From: Candidatus Moraniibacteriota bacterium
GTDB taxonomy: Bacteria; Patescibacteriota; Minisyncoccia; Moranbacterales; JAPLXC01
Length of the DNA stretch: 48,296 bases
Reading direction: 5' to 3'
NCBI GenBank assembly: GCA_026396275.1
Contig: JAPLXC010000011.1
Location: 1 to 48,296 of the forward strand
The translations under genes were made by a program, and so were the position numbers. Below the pieces are notes generated by a model, which ran no database searches, was not told where the DNA came from, and worked only from the letters and a program-made list of their open reading frames with translations. Positions within the stretch are counted from its first letter, which is position 1, and each line of letters opens with the position of its first letter. Of this stretch, positions 46,607-48,296 are shown in pieces.

Positions 46607-46745
46607 TTCAGCAAATCGAAATCTTTTGCGATTAGTCCTAAAGAGTCTATGCATACCCCTTGTACAAAAGGTACGGCTACCGATTATTTGGCTCGGCTAA
46701 GCCCTTGGCAGTTCTGTTAGTAAGCTAACAGTTCGACCGCCGGAC
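46607..46745 (-). ncRNA. Structured RNA candidate, copy B
   Basis: See copy A; 11-bp closing stem 46609-46620/46732-46742 with G-U pairs on the minus strand. Confidence 0.6.
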
Positions 46746-46828
46746 AATAATCAATGCTTCCCATTATATCCTATGAGGGATATAACTTTTACTAGGACAC
46801 ATTTCTCGACTATTGTCAATTTCTCCCT

Positions 46829-48180
<1,352 letters not shown>

Positions 48181-48296
48181 TGAAGAAGAGATTTTAAGAG
48201 AGAGTCAAAAAAGTGTCATGACCAATATTCTTAAAAATATTGATTCTATTTATAAACAAATTAAAAAAAACGAAGAAACAACAGGAACAGAATATT

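Noticed and set aside
41591-46745. Island as an integron cassette array
   Set aside because: No integron integrase, and no consistent RYYYAAC/GTTRRRY attC boundaries found by eye
44833-46745. RNA copies A/B as group I intron, twister, pistol or hammerhead
   Set aside because: Only short resemblances (e.g. GCATAGACT, GAGCCAA); no matching P7 partner strand or full catalytic consensus. Needs Infernal for a firm exclusion

Overview
This window looks like a Patescibacteria (CPR, Parcubacteria-like) chromosome segment in standard code 11, with most genes on the minus strand. The taxonomy is inferred from the 16S signatures and gene content. 1-19.9 kb is a surface-glycan region: Wzm/Wzt ABC exporter, GT4/GT2 glycosyltransferases, five SAM-methyltransferase domains, a UDP-sugar epimerase, a TrpR-like regulator with a duplicated operator-like site, a membrane-anchored Clp-type ATPase and a GT-C-like operon. 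19.9-41.4 kb is mostly core: tRNA-Gln, GIY-YIG, ftsEX, frameshifted prfB, ZIP transporter, rubrerythrin, tRNA-Thr, four-subunit por operon, DsbA-like protein, MacAB-like ABC system, rnhA, AmmeMemoRadiSam trio and surface proteins. 41.4-46.8 kb is an accessory island of putative defence genes (protease, two HEPN-like proteins, Zn-ribbon protein, RelA/SpoT-domain fusion). It lies directly downstream of a 16S rRNA gene that has no linked 23S and loses homology at ~48180. The most unusual signals are non-coding. (i) A duplicated structured RNA with compensatory base changes precedes two unrelated toxin-like genes. (ii) A GIY-YIG gene sits between an intact tRNA-Gln and an exact duplicate of that tRNA's 5' end. 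(iii) CCTG/CAGG-tagged mini-hairpins occur, with empty-site counterparts inside the window. (iv) 7-nt periodic repeat modules fill gene junctions and invade porA and porD in frame. All assignments were made by eye from motifs; no searches were run.
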